A stretch of DNA of 43,155 nt, taken from Octopus bimaculoides. Taxonomy: Eukaryota. The translations under genes and the position numbers were made by a program. The stretch is taken from the NCBI RefSeq assembly GCF_001194135.2, contig NC_068987.1, positions 60,538,011 to 60,581,165 on the forward strand. Direction: 5' to 3'. Below the pieces are notes generated by a model. The model saw only the letters and a program-made list of their open reading frames with translations, searched no databases and was not told where the DNA came from. Positions 1-12,255 of this stretch are shown here, one piece after another (position 1 is the stretch's first letter; each line of letters begins with the position of its first letter).

Positions 1-31
<31 letters not shown>

Positions 32-1289
32 CAATATATCCTTTCTTCTTTCTTTGTTTCTAACACAAGATGGCAACCTGGTTGATTGAACTAGTCATCT
101 TTTAATGGTTAAAACAACAATAAAACTATATCTCATGTATTGTTGCATCATTTGGATATCACACATCATCAAATGATTAGATTGCTGTAATAAACATGCA
201 ATGGAAAGCAACTAAATTGATTACATTAAAAAAAATAAAACTAATAAACTGCAATATGCCATTTCATTAAAGTATTTAGTTTAGGTTGACTTCAATGCTC
301 TGCAGACTTAAGTGTGTGACGAGATGATATATGTGCATATAACGTGTATGAGAAAACATTAAGTCAACTTCAACGAATGTGAAGTGTTGGGTATCCATTG
401 ATCATCAACACGAGGTCATTAACATAAATCAGTTAGAAAACAACAGAACAAGCTGACAAAGTAGCCAATTTTCCCAAACAAGAACCATGCAAACAGGTAT
501 CAGTTATCTGGTGATGTTGTGAAGTGAAACACTCCTAACTAAAATAAAAAGAGATCTGATGAAATGAATGTTTAAATAGAAATACAAATATTAAATTTGA
601 AAAACTCTTCAACTATACTGTAAATGCTCATTGCAAACAAAGTCAATATTTACAACTTTTTTTGCATCTCTCAATAGTGAAAAACCCAAGTGAAATATCT
701 TGTTCAATTTTTTTTTTTTTATATATATATTTTGTGCTTTCTAATAATTTATTTCCTACGTATTTCATGACTTACAAATAAAACAAAAGCAATTTGCCAT
801 TATTCCAATACAACTGTAAAAACAAAAATACTACTGAAGAAAAAAAAAACCATTTAAAAATTATTCTGGCAAAAAAAATTGAGAGGAAGAATGAAGATGC
901 TTTTTTAACATAAAAAGTGAGTTTCGTTAGTCTTTAAAAGGATCAATAAATGCTCTTGGTAGGATAACTCACTGTATTTATATTAATGCACAGCTTAAGG
1001 CAATATGAAAGAAGTTCAAAATCACATATCCACTTCTAATTGAGAAGCTTTTTCATATGATTTTCTTATAAATACCTTTATCCTATTTCTTTTCTCAGTG
1101 GTGTCTAACAGGATAAATCCATCCATTTTTGTAAGGCCTACTGCTTTATAGTTAATTAAAGTGGTTCCAACTCTACTCTATTTTATTTGTAAATGTGTGA
1201 CAAAAGAGTCATTATTTTGTTTTGAGAGGATTTAGTTGGTATATGATATATCAAAAAAAATAAAATATCCTTTTAATTTGCCTAACAGA

Positions 1290-1469
<180 letters not shown>

Positions 1470-1616
1470 ATTTTTTTTAAGAAAAATTCTTCAGATTTGA
1501 GGAGACTTGTTGTCACCATACCTCAAGGCATCATCCTTGCTGATAATATAGCATGAAATAGTTATAATAGTAAAAATGGACGCTCCCACCGAAGACAACA
1601 TATGAGTATTCAGCTT

Positions 1617-1872
1617 TAGCTGAACCTGCACAAATGATTTGTTTATAATGATTAAATGTATGTGGTGTACATTAAGCTCACTATCTCCATCAGATCAACG
1701 TTTCCTGAACAGGTGCATGGCGTACTATACATCAGGTGTCAAAGTGATCATAGAGCAATGTAAGAGGAAATGTTTTGCTCAAGAACACAAAGCACACCAC
1801 TCAGTCTAGGAACTGAGACGACGATCTCGTGATCATGAGAGCAACACCCTAACCACTAGACCATACATCCTC
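1617..1872 (-). mobile_element. tRNA-headed SINE, family E, decayed
   Basis: Minus strand starts TGAGGATGTATGGTCTAGTGGTTAGGGTGTTG (A-box-like) and continues to TTCTTGAGCAAAACA; body is shared with 25770-25925 and 37470-37748. Confidence 0.75.
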
Positions 1873-1936
1873 ATGTATGATGATGATGATGATGATGATG
1901 ATGACGACGACGATGATATGATGATGATGATGATGA

Positions 1937-2125
1937 TTTCAAATTTTGGCACAAGGCCAGCAAGTTCAGGAGCAGGAGTAAGTTGATTGCATCAACCTCA
2001 CTGTTCACCTCGTACTTATTTCATCAACCCCAAAAGGTTGAAAAGGCAAAGTCAAGCTCTGCAGAATTTGAACTCAGAACTCAGTAAAGGCAGACGAAAT
2101 GTTTAAAGGCATTTTGTCTGCCTTT
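1937..2125 (-). mobile_element. SINE family C, partial
   Basis: TTTCAAATTTTGGCACAAGGCCAGC...GAATTTGAACTCAGAA matches the many other copies in the window. Confidence 0.85.
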
Positions 2126-2164
2126 ACACATTTGCGTGTAAATATTGCATGTGGGTGCAAGTAT

Positions 2165-2310
2165 ACATCATCATCATCATCATTTAGCATCTGCTTTCCA
2201 TGCTGGCATGGGTTAGATGGTTTCACAGAAACTGGCCAGCTAGAGAGCTGCACCAGGTTCCAATCTGATTTGGCATGGTTTCTACAGCTGGATGCCTATT
2301 CTAATGCCAA
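2165..2310 (-). mobile_element. Family D (GAT)n-tailed retroelement 3' end, partial
   Basis: (CAT)n followed by TTTCCATGCTGGCATGGGTT...CTGGATGCC, shared with more than 10 other copies. Confidence 0.8.
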
Positions 2311-2910
2311 TATATATACAGTTAGCACCATCCTCATGGTATACTCACTAGAATTCAAAGAAACAATTGGTTATCTGCATTCATTCATATACACTAAAAG
2401 ACAGAAGTGAATCATGTTAGGTTCCAGTTGGCAGAGTTCTTTAAGCATGAGATAGAATGTGTTGGAATGTTTACTTTCTGTAAACTGGGTTCAAAACTTT
2501 TCTTGACGCCATGAGCAAGAATAAGCTTTTGCCAAAGTATATCAAGAAGAGTAAAAAACATAAAATGTGTGTCTTTGTCTTCACATCACCATCATACAAG
2601 AGATGTCGATTGATTTAAATTTTTTCATGAGAGCATGTCATCATATGAAAATACTTGTGAGGATTAGCAACAGGAAGCATATTCAACCATAGAAAAACCG
2701 GCTCAATGAATTCAATTTGACCCTCATGGAAAGGTGGAAAAGTTAAGATTAATATGATAGTGGTGGTGGTGGTGGTGGTGGTGGTGGAGGAGGAGGAGGA
2801 GGTGGAGGAGGAGGCAAAGAGGAGCATGAGTCAAGGTGGGGCAGGAATCAAGGAGGAGCAGGAGGGAGATATAACACTGCATTAAATGAGTCAATGAAGA
2901 AACATTAACA

Positions 2911-4192
2911 TATCAGGTCATCCCATAAGTTCTGTCCGATTTTACCTTTTTTAAAATTGAATGAAATTTAATAGTATTTTAGAATGTCTAATGGAATTAA
3001 AAATTATTTTTATGCATTTGTGTACATTTAAACTAATTAAATATTATTTTACAGAATAATAGAATTAAAATTTCTTTGATTAAAACCCTTTCTAACATGG
3101 AAGTATCCAAAGAGCATTTGAGGCACATAATGCTTTATGAGTACAAACAAGGAAACTCCGCAGCTGAAGTGATTCAAAGCATACACTCAGTTTATGGGAA
3201 AGAATGTTTGAATGAAAGAACTTGCAGAAGATAGTTTGCAAAATTCAAAAGTGGAGATTTCAGCCTTGAAGATGAAGATCGAGCAGAACGTTCAGTTGAG
3301 TTTGATGATAAGCTCCTTGAGGCATTACTTGAAGAAAATCCTACATTATCAGTTGAAGAATTGGCAATAAAGCTTAGTTCAAACCATACAACTGTTCATC
3401 ATCATCTTCAACAACTTGGAAAGGTTCCTAAACTTGGAAAGTGGGTGCCTCATGAATTCTCCGAAAGTAATCGCAAAACCTGAGTTGACATCTGCTCTTC
3501 TCTCCATTCTCACAAATTCATTTCACCCTTTTTGGATAGATGTGTGACTGGTGACGAAAAATGGATCTTCTATCAAAATGTTAAATGTCATAAACAGTAG
3601 CTTGGTAAAAGGGAAAAAACTCAACCACAACCGAGAAGGGAACTTCATAGGAAAAAGGTTCTTCTCTCTATCTGGTGGGATTGTAAAGGAGTAATTCACT
3701 TTGAATTGTTACCACCTAATGCAACAATCAACGCTCAAGTCTCCTGTTAGCAATTAGAGTGTTTGAACCAAGCTTTGAAGAAAAAAAGACCTACTTTAGT
3801 GAATCGAAAAGGAGTGATGTTTCATTAGGACAATGTGCGATCCCATACTGCAAAGACCACATCACAAAAGATCAAAGAGCTTGGTTGGGAAAAAATTCCT
3901 CATCCACCTTATTCTCCTGACCTTGCTCCTTCAGATTACCATTTGTTTCGTAGTTTACAGAATCATTTGTGTGACATAACTTTCGCAAACCAGGAGGAGG
4001 TCAAAACTGACATTTCAGAGTTCTTCGCTTTGAAACCAAAAGAGTTTTACATTGATGGGATGTAAATAGATGGAAGGAAGTCATAGATAATCAGGGAAAG
4101 TACATTGATGATTAAATTTCAATTAAATATAACATTTGATCACTTGTTTTCTTTATTCAAAATTCAGACAGAACTTATGGAATGACCTGATA
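2911..4192 (+). mobile_element. Full-length mariner (Tc1/mariner DD34D) DNA transposon, inactive
   Basis: TIRs: TATCAGGTCATCCCATAAGTTCTGTCCGA at 2911-2939 and its reverse complement (2 mismatches) at 4164-4192. TA duplication at 2911-2912 and 4191-4192; 1278 bp between the TAs. Confidence 0.97.
3097..4115 (+). pseudogene. Mariner transposase pseudogene (Hsmar1/SETMAR-like motifs)
   Basis: Manual translation from ATG 3097 (MEVSKEHLRHIMLYEYKQG...) gives WVPHE, TGDEKW, H*DN and YSPDLAPSDYHLF, with exactly 34 residues between the second and third D. Five in-frame stops and a frameshift near 4060 precede NRWKEVIDNQGKYIDD*. Confidence 0.96.
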
Positions 4193-4353
4193 TTTACACA
4201 AACTGCTAGAAATAGATCAAACCCAACTACCTCAAAAACAAAACAAAGTAAAAAACTGGATAGCTGTATCTGAAAAGCGAAAAGAAGAGATGGTAACAGT
4301 TGGATTGCCTTTCATTCATTGATCTGGTCTGCGGGGTCGGAGTTAACCTCGGG

Positions 4354-4452
4354 TTAAATAGCAGTAACAACTGAACTATTGATAGAATTCAAATCCTCAT
4401 TACCTCTACTGGAAAGTAACACATTATCCACCTGGAAAAAGCTGGAATGAAT
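4354..4452 (-). CDS. Candidate terminal coding exon of an unidentified host gene (IHSSFFQVDNVLLSSRGNEDLNSINSSVVTAI*)
   Basis: Acceptor TTTTGTTTTGACAG, with an in-frame alternative acceptor TTTTTCCAG 21 nt downstream; 33 codons, phase 0, ending TAA; non-repetitive sequence. No homology search was possible. Confidence 0.45.
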   Translation of the reverse strand: MHSSFFQVDNVLLSSRGNEDLNSINSSVVTAI

Positions 4453-5491
4453 CTGTCAAAACAAAATATCAACTCATTTAGTTAATTACCTGGTTTTCTT
4501 TAATTACAAGAAAACCCAATTACTATGCATTTTCATTTGCAAATAAACTTGTCAAAAGCAATGACTGTCATTGAAGTGAATTGATAAAACAGAATTATCA
4601 GCTATTTCTGGTCAGGGATGAAAAGAAAAAAACAACATCAATTATGTATGATTAATTAATATTGATAAAATAAAAGCCTTCAGATGGTTAACTGCTATGG
4701 AACCTTATATATGTGTAGTGAAAGAGAAAGTATAACTCTGAGAATTTATAGCAGCAAATATCTTGTCCTATCAAGCAAGGTTTCTATGCTAGAGTGGTTG
4801 CAATAGCTTATTATTGTAAATATATTGATTTTGAGTAATACAAATGAGTGAAACAAAGTTAAATTGTTGAGAAAGAACCAAATGTTATAGTAAAAATAGT
4901 AACAATAAAAACCATGGTGGTTAATTTATAGAATATGTTTCAATAAAATGTTTCTAACTGTGCTATTAAATGCAAAAATTTAACGCATGACGCATTAAAA
5001 ATTTAAACAACCTAAACTAGAAATCTACAGTAAGAAAGAAATAATACTAATTGATAGCTTATAGTTTTTCATTTTTTATTTTTAACAGCAGATATGAAAG
5101 ATAGCCCTGGACATGTTTTTACATTATCCAGGCTTCATCAGTGAAGTGTATCCACTCTGAATCTTGAAGTGATAGTTAGTGAGTGAATGAATCAATAGAA
5201 ATTCATACATAAATATAAATAACATATGTAAATATATAAACAGTGGGGGAAAATAGAATTGTTTGCATGCTATATAATTATTATATTTAATTCTACAATC
5301 TGCCCCACCCTTTTGTCTTTTTTTTTTTTGGTTTTTGGTTTTTCAATTCTAACCAAAACAAACATTTGTTTGTTTTAATAAAAGAAAACTAAGAGTAATT
5401 AACCACGCACTGAAATTGGAAACTTTCCTCTTCATCTTGAAAGGAAATTTAAAATTATAGCACATATGATTGCACACACGCACGCCCCCTC

Positions 5492-5500
5492 CCACACACA

Positions 5501-5552
<52 letters not shown>
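5492..5552. repeat. (CA)n microsatellite
   Basis: Seen directly. Confidence 0.98.
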
Positions 5553-5553
<1 letters not shown>

Positions 5554-6024
5554 CAACATGTGATTTTTGAATCATTTAAACTTAGGAGTTCTCACATCAT
5601 GTTACTTGCTAGGTCATCAAAGCACTTCACTAATCATAGTCTTTAGCCAGTTTTCTGTTTGTTGTGATGAGGTACAGATATCTAGTAAATGACTGACACC
5701 AGTTGATCTTGGCTCATGATTACTTTCTCTAGCCAGCTAGCCAATCAAGTTCCACTGAAGAACTTGATTGATAGATCTTGAAGATGACAGCTTTAATCAT
5801 GATCCATATAAAGGAGGCATCATTTACAATGGCATTGGGATATGTTTAGATTTCTCTCACCCTGTCTCATTTGAACATCTTGTCGTGGTATTTGGTGTCA
5901 GTTTAGTTGGGGGTTTTTTTCTGTGTGTGTTTTCTTCTCTTCTGGGTAGTTTACAGCTGCTATATTTTACAGCTATAGAGAAGTACTTCTTATGCTCCAG
6001 ATCTCCATCTGCTACTTAGACAGT

Positions 6025-6413
6025 GTGGAGGCGCAATGGCCCAGTGGTTAGGGCAGTGGACTCATGGTCATAGGATTGTGGTTTCAATTCCCAGACCGGG
6101 CGTTGTGAGTGTTTATTGAGCGAAAACACCTAAAGCTCCATGAGGCTCCAGCAGGAGATCGTGGCGAACCCTGTTGTACTCTTTCGCCACAACTTTCTCT
6201 CACTCTTTCTTCTTGTTTCTGTTGTGCTTGTAATTCAAAGGGTCAGCCTTGTCACACTGTGTCATGCTGAATTTCCTCAAGAACTACGTTAAGTGTACAC
6301 GTGTCTGTGGAGTGCTCAGCCACTTGCACATTAATTTCATGAGCAGGCTGTTCCGTTGATCGGATCAACTGGAACCCTCGATGTCGTAAGCGACGGAGTG
6401 CCAACAACAACAA
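6025..6413 (+). mobile_element. Full-length tRNA-derived SINE, family A, (AAC)n tail
   Basis: A box TGGCCCAGTGG, B box GGTTTCAATTCC, tail CCAACAACAACAA; 9-bp target duplication TTAGACAGT at 6016-6024 and 6415-6423. Confidence 0.93.
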
Positions 6414-6683
6414 TTTAGACAGTATGCAAAAAAAACTGGAAAGCTACACTCACAATAACAACAATGTCATTATTGAATTGTACTCTTTATTTTTTCTGAT
6501 ACTATAGTAGTCTCTAATATTCTCAGCTTGATGACTCCTAAGTCAAGTCATACTTCCTTCTAATTGCATCCATATAAAACTCCTTCAACATATTTATTCC
6601 ATTTGGTTAACCAAACTGAACATTAATTGTATTATCCTCAGCCATTTCTCCTTCCCTATTTTTTTTGCCAACTTAAAATAGGT

Positions 6684-6808
6684 TTAGCCCTTTAGTATTC
6701 AAACTGACATATCTGACCAAAATATTCTACCTGTTTTATGTTCAAACCAGCCAGATCTGGCCTTATTCTGAAAATAAACAATCACATCATCAAAATATTG
6801 AAGCTATG
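6684..6808 (+). mobile_element. TTAA/CCCTT-type MITE, 5' part
   Basis: TTAGCCCTTTAGTATT start; body matches 34215-34434 and 19945-20173. Confidence 0.75.
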
Positions 6809-7222
6809 GGGGTTTTGTTGTTTATTTTTTTTGCTTTCACAGATTCCCATGACTCTCTGTTGCCATCTTGTTCCATTATTATGAATTTGAATTGGGAGAT
6901 AGAGTCACAGTAAATCTTTCATTAGCTGAGTACACAACCATGGGATGCCACCACTATGGATGCATTGCAGTTACTCTCTTGATAGAGCTTGGTGATTCTG
7001 ACCATTGATCTTCTAAGATTCCTTCATTCAGTATCAATGTAAGAAGCAACATTGGTTCAGTTGAACTCTTCTGCTACTTCTTCACAATCCACCATGCTAC
7101 TATCCCATGACTTTGCTGTATCCCTGGCAGAGATGCAGCCTTGTCAAAGGGCAGCCCGTAACTATGGGGTCAATGGTAGGGACCTCAGTACTAAATTAGA
7201 AACTGTCATTACCATTATTATT

Positions 7223-7438
7223 AAGGTGGCAAGCCGGCAGAGTCGTTAGTGTGCCAGAAGGAACGCTTAGCACTATTTTGCCCATCACTATGTTCTGAGT
7301 TCAAGTTCTGCCAAGGTCGACTTTGCCTTTCATCCTTTCGGGGTTGATTAATTAAGTACCAATGAAACACTGAGATCAATGAAATCAACTCAACCCTCCC
7401 CCAAAATAGCCACCCTTGTAGAACAATTTGAAACCAAT
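7223..7438 (+). mobile_element. SINE family C, full length, followed by an (ATT)n tail to about 7522
   Basis: AAGGTGGCAAGCCGGCAGAGTCG head, B box GAGTTCAAGTTC, core TTTCATCCTTTCGGGGTTGAT, end TTTGAAACCAAT. Confidence 0.9.
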
Positions 7439-7457
7439 ATTATTATTATTATCATTA

Positions 7458-7523
<66 letters not shown>

Positions 7524-7696
7524 TTTCCATTTTTTAAGGGTTGTGTATCATTAGAGAACCAGACAAAATACCTTGCGATATATAGTTATGTCCATTTATA
7601 TTGGAAGTTCAACTCCCACAGTAACTGGCTTGACATAGACAACTATACATACTCTCCATTGTAAAGTTAAATGTGTAATCTTGTGCTTACATTATT

Positions 7697-7916
7697 TTAA
7701 TGTTAAATAAAGTAGCAAGCTTCGGAAGTGTTTGTATGTTGGTCAAAATGTTCAGCAGCATCTCTTCTTTCAGTTCTCACTTCAAATCTGCCATGGTCAA
7801 CTTTGCTTCTCATTCTTTCAGAGCCAATGAAAATAAAGTAGCAGTCAAGTACCAGGGTCAATGTAATTGACTCAACACCGCCCCTCAAATTGCTGGCCTT
7901 TTGCTAAAGTTAGAAA
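7697..7916 (+). mobile_element. SINE family C, diverged copy
   Basis: Aligns along its length to 8160-8382 and to the family consensus visible in the window. Confidence 0.8.
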
Positions 7917-7942
7917 GAATCATTTTAATACTAAACATCATT

Positions 7943-8158
7943 AAGGTGGCAAGCTGGCAGAATCGTTAGCATGCCGGGCAAAATGCTTAGTAACATTTTA
8001 TCCATCTTTACATTCTGAGTTCAAATTCCACCAAGGTCGACTTAACTTTTCAACCTTTCAGGGTCAATAAAATAAGTACCAGTTGAGGACTGGGTTAATG
8101 TAATCGACTTACTCCCTCCCCTGAAATCACTAGCCCTGTACCAAAATTTGAAGCTAAT
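7943..8158 (+). mobile_element. SINE family C, full length
   Basis: AAGGTGGCAAGCTGGCAGAATCGTTAGC...GAGTTCAAATTCC...AAAATTTGAAGCTAAT. Confidence 0.9.
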
Positions 8159-8159
8159 A

Positions 8160-8382
8160 TTAAATAAGATGGCAAGCCTCAGAATTGTTAGTATGTTTGG
8201 ACAAAATATTCAGCAGCATCTCTTCTGGCTCTTTAAGTTCTGAGTTCAAATTCTGCTGTGATCAACTTTGCTTCTCATCCTTTCAGAGTCAATCAAAATA
8301 AAGTACCAGTCAAGTACTGGAGTTGATGTAATCAACTCAACCCATCCCCTCAAATTGCTGATTTTTTGCCAAAGTTTGAAAG
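8160..8382 (+). mobile_element. SINE family C, diverged copy
   Basis: Shares diagnostic variants (TTCAGCAGCATCTCTTCT; CAACTTTGCTTCTCAT) with 7697-7916. Confidence 0.8.
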
Positions 8383-8396
8383 GAATATCTTAATAT

Positions 8397-8608
8397 TAGT
8401 TTCAAATTTTGGCACAAGGCCAGCAAGGTTGGGTGAGTGGGTAAGTTGATTATATCAACCCCATCTACTGGTACTTATTTTATCCACTCTGAAAGGATGA
8501 AAGGCAAAGTCAACCTCAGCAGAATTTGAACTCAGAATGTAAAGGCAGACAAAATACCACTAAGCATTTCGCCTAGCATGCTAACAATTCTGCCAACTCA
8601 TCACCTTA
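8397..8608 (-). mobile_element. SINE family C, full length, with target duplication
   Basis: Flanked by GAAT-ATCTTAATAT (8383-8396) and GAATCATCTTAATAT (8611-8625). Confidence 0.9.
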
Positions 8609-8929
8609 CAGAATCATCTTAATATCAAAACATCATCATTATTATTATTATTATCATTGATATTATTTTCTTTGTTGAACATATAAATTTTTTTTCAGCT
8701 GTTTGTAAAAGGAATCTCAATCAATATTAGAAAATGAATGATCAATGATATATTGACAAAAACAGGTAGCAGAATGAGATTAATGCCAAAGGCGTTAGTT
8801 ATTAGGTCAGGCTCTATTATCATTATGATGAAAACTAAAGAGAAAATTTATTTCAAATGCTATTTTTCAAATCACATATCAATAAATCACCTTAACAGTG
8901 AATATCAAAGTAGATACAGCTATAAATGA

Positions 8930-9137
8930 TACTTTACGCAACATGCACAAAGCCTGAAGAGTTGAGGTAGGGGTCTAGTTGATAATATCAACCTCAGCGT
9001 TCAACTGGTATTTATTTGATCGCTCTTGAAAGGATGAAAGGCGAAAACTGATCTCAGTAGAATTTATACACAGAATGAAAAGAATTGGTAGAAATGCTGC
9101 TAATCATTTTGTCCAATGTGGTAACCAGCTTGCCATC
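8930..9137 (-). mobile_element. SINE family C, decayed
   Basis: GAAAGGATGAAAGGC core and flanking family motifs. Confidence 0.75.
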
Positions 9138-9175
9138 TTATATACAGCTATAAATAATCCTTTCTACTATAAGCA

Positions 9176-9364
9176 CATCATCATCATCATCATCATCATC
9201 GTTTAGCGTCCGCTTTCCATGCTAGCATGGGTTGGATGATTTGACTGAGGACTGGTGAGCCAGATGACTACACCAGGCTCCAATCTGATTTGGCAGAATT
9301 TCTACGGCTGGATGCCCTTCCTAACGCCAACCACTCCGAGAGTGTAGTAGGTGCTTTTACATGC
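9176..9364 (-). mobile_element. Family D 3' end
   Basis: (CAT)n CGTTTAGCGTCCGCTTTCCATGCTAGCATGGGTTGG...GGATGCCCTTCCTAACGCCAACCAC. Confidence 0.9.
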
Positions 9365-9379
9365 CCTAGAATTTTACAT

Positions 9380-9735
9380 GCCCACAAGACCTGGAATTTA
9401 TGGGGAGTGGGCTAGTCAATCACATCAACCCCACGACCCTGAAAAGATGAAAGGCAAGGTTGATCCTGACGTAATTTGAACTCAGAGTGTAGTGACAGGT
9501 AAACTACTGCTAAGCATTTTGCCCAGCATGCTAATGATACTGCCAGCTTCCCAGCTTCTTGTAAAGAATATTGGTTTCAAATTTCAGTACAAGGTCAGCA
9601 ATTTCAGGAGAGAGGTTAAGTCAATTACATTGACACCAGTGATCAAATGGTACTTATTTTATCAACCCCAGAAAGGATAAAAAGCAAAGTCAACCTCGGC
9701 AGAATTTGAACTCAAAATGTAAAGACAGACAAATG
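9380..9735 (-). mobile_element. Two tandem SINE family C copies (about 9380-9556 and 9572-9735)
   Basis: Each carries AAGGCAA(G/A)GT...GAATTTGAACTCA. Confidence 0.8.
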
Positions 9736-10044
9736 CGGCTTTAAATAATAGTAGGCAAGATATTGGGTTAGGCCAAAACCTAGATGCATGACTGGAGTCT
9801 ATATCTTCTTTACTGCGAATGCTGCAGGTAGTGTTAGGCCCTTTTCTTTTCCCTTCCCAGGGTTGTATAGCTCAATATGTTACATGCTGTTATATATAAC
9901 CATAAGTCAGCAAGGTGACATTATCATTTGTGCATAAGAGAGAAATGCTTGGTAGCATTTCTTCTGACTCTTTAAGTTCTAAGCTCAGACAGGCAGACGA
10001 CAGATAGATAAATAAAATTATAGATAGAGATAGATAAATATAGT

Positions 10045-10753
10045 AGGCACAGGCATAGCTGTGTAGTAAAAAAAACTTGCTTCCCAACCATGTGGTTCCA
10101 GGTTCAGTCCCACTGCATGGCACCTTGGACAAATGCTTTCTACTAGAGCCTTGAGCTAACCAAAGCCTTGTGAGTGGATTTGGTAGATGTAGATGGAAAC
10201 TGAAATAAACCTATTGCATCGTTATCGTCATCATCATCGTTTAACATCCACCTTCCATGCTGGCATGGGTTGGACAGTTTGACAGGAGGAGGCAAGCAGG
10301 AGTGCTGCACCAGGTACTAGCCTGATTTGGTTTGTTTTCTATGACTGGATCTTCATCGTTTAACGTCCACCTTCCATGCTGGCATGGGTTGGACAGTTTG
10401 ACAGGAGCTGACCAGGCAGGAGCCTGCACCAGGCTTCTGTGTCTGTTTTAGCATAGTTTTTACACCTGGATGCCCTTCTTAATACCAATATGTGTGTGAG
10501 TGTATGTGTGTGTGAGTGTATGTGTGTGTGAGTGTATGTGTGTGTGTCTGTTTCTCCCCATCCATTCAGAATGTGTGACAACCAATGTTGGTGTGTTTAC
10601 GTTCCCATAACTTGACAGTTTGGCAAAAGAGATCGATAGAATAAGTACCAGGCTACTGGGATTGATTCATTCAAGTAAAAATTCTTCAGGGCAGTGACCC
10701 AGCATGGTCACAGTCTAATGACCAAAATAAATAAAAGATAAAAAGGATAAAAG
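10045..10753 (+). mobile_element. SINE family B (bipartite, internal microsatellite), interrupted by two family D ends at 10222-10487
   Basis: Head ...GCTGTGTAGTAA...GGTTCAGTCCCACTGCATGGCACCTTGG, then the (CAT)n elements, (TG)n, and the 3' half GACAACCAATGTTGGTGTGTTTAC...AAATAAAAG. Confidence 0.85.
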
Positions 10754-11307
10754 ACATATACTATATTATACTATAGAACATAGAGAATTTTTAGCTATCA
10801 CTGTATTTTCCAATGAATGTAAACATTATCTCTGTATATACAAAGAGTTTGCAGACAGAAAAAGAGAGGAACAGCTGCATAAGCACTTTTCAACTTTGCT
10901 TGGATTTTTGTCAGTAGACGTGCGCTTTTCCTAAACTATCCATGAACTCACTTCTTATAAACCCACTGTTATTAGTGGCTAAAGTAAACTGGATAGACCG
11001 AGTTGCATGTTTAACACTTTCTAGGCAGCCACTTAGGATATTGAATTACTGGTGTTTTAGCCATGTCTCTTCCCCTGTCTGCCAATGCATGCATGCATTG
11101 GATAAACTGAGATGTTCAGAAAGAAAAATTCACTGGCTGATTCGTGCATAACAAGTGCTATCTGTGAGTGGAACAGTAAAAATAGGCAAGACTTTTCTCA
11201 AGTTTCAAATGTGAATTTGTTTCTGTTAACTAAATCCCAAAGATTGAGCCTTGTATCTTTGTTGGAAACCAGCTCCCTCCTCAGTAGAATAATTAAAAAA
11301 TAGAAGC

Positions 11308-11345
<38 letters not shown>

Positions 11346-11407
11346 CACACATCTATATCTATCTATCTATATATATNNNNNNNNNNNNNNNNNNNNNNNN
11401 NNNNNNN

Positions 11408-11466
<59 letters not shown>

Positions 11467-12255
11467 TTATATATATACATATATATATGTATATGTATGT
11501 ATATGTATTTATATATATATATATATGCAAATTTATGTGTTTGTATACATATATACATATATATATGCATATATATTTATGTATGTATATGTATATACAC
11601 ACAAAGGACATCATATTTATACACACATACATCCATACATATATATTAGTGCCCACATGCCTGTGTAAGAATGTGTATATATAATATATACCTTATGTAT
11701 ACGTGTCTAAGTTCCTGTATATTAAAATGAATAAACTTGTGAATAATAAGATATTTGGAATATGTATGGAAAGTATACACAAGCATTCATTTTTTGAGTG
11801 TTTACACATGGATACAAAAATGTTTGTATATGAATCTTTCATGGATTTTTTTTATTTATGAACTTACACTAATTCATTATAATTTATTATAGTTGATTTA
11901 ATCTAGTACCTATTTACAACACATCATAAATTTGGTAATCTTTATATTTACATATTTACCACTTATCATACAAGTAAGTGTATAAGCATTTTAAGTTTGA
12001 TTATGAAACTGTCTTCAGTTCAGTTTCTGTGCTTATCCTCATCTATGATCATAAATGTTGAGTAATGGCTGAAAGAGTACAATTGTGAATACAAGCAGCT
12101 GAAATAGGGTTCATACAAAGGATCTCTAGAGTAATGTTCTTCAACAGTGTTTTGCTCAGAGACCAGGGACCTTATCCTAGTCAAACTTCAACTTCTCCAT
12201 ATTGATAGATCACAGCTCCAGTAATATAGACATGTGATAAAAAAAAAAAAAAACA

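Noticed and set aside
405-418. 14-bp exact match TCAACACGAGGTCA with 24457-24470
   Set aside because: A few 14-mer matches are expected by chance in 43 kb and the flanks do not align.
3835-4065. 76-aa ORF as a functional protein
   Set aside because: It is the stop-free tail of the mariner pseudogene and starts at a non-ATG codon just after a nonsense mutation.
4453-4489. Minus-strand donor CAG/GTAATT at 4490 paired with the 4452 acceptor
   Set aside because: The implied 37-nt intron is implausibly short and I found no convincing exon upstream of it.
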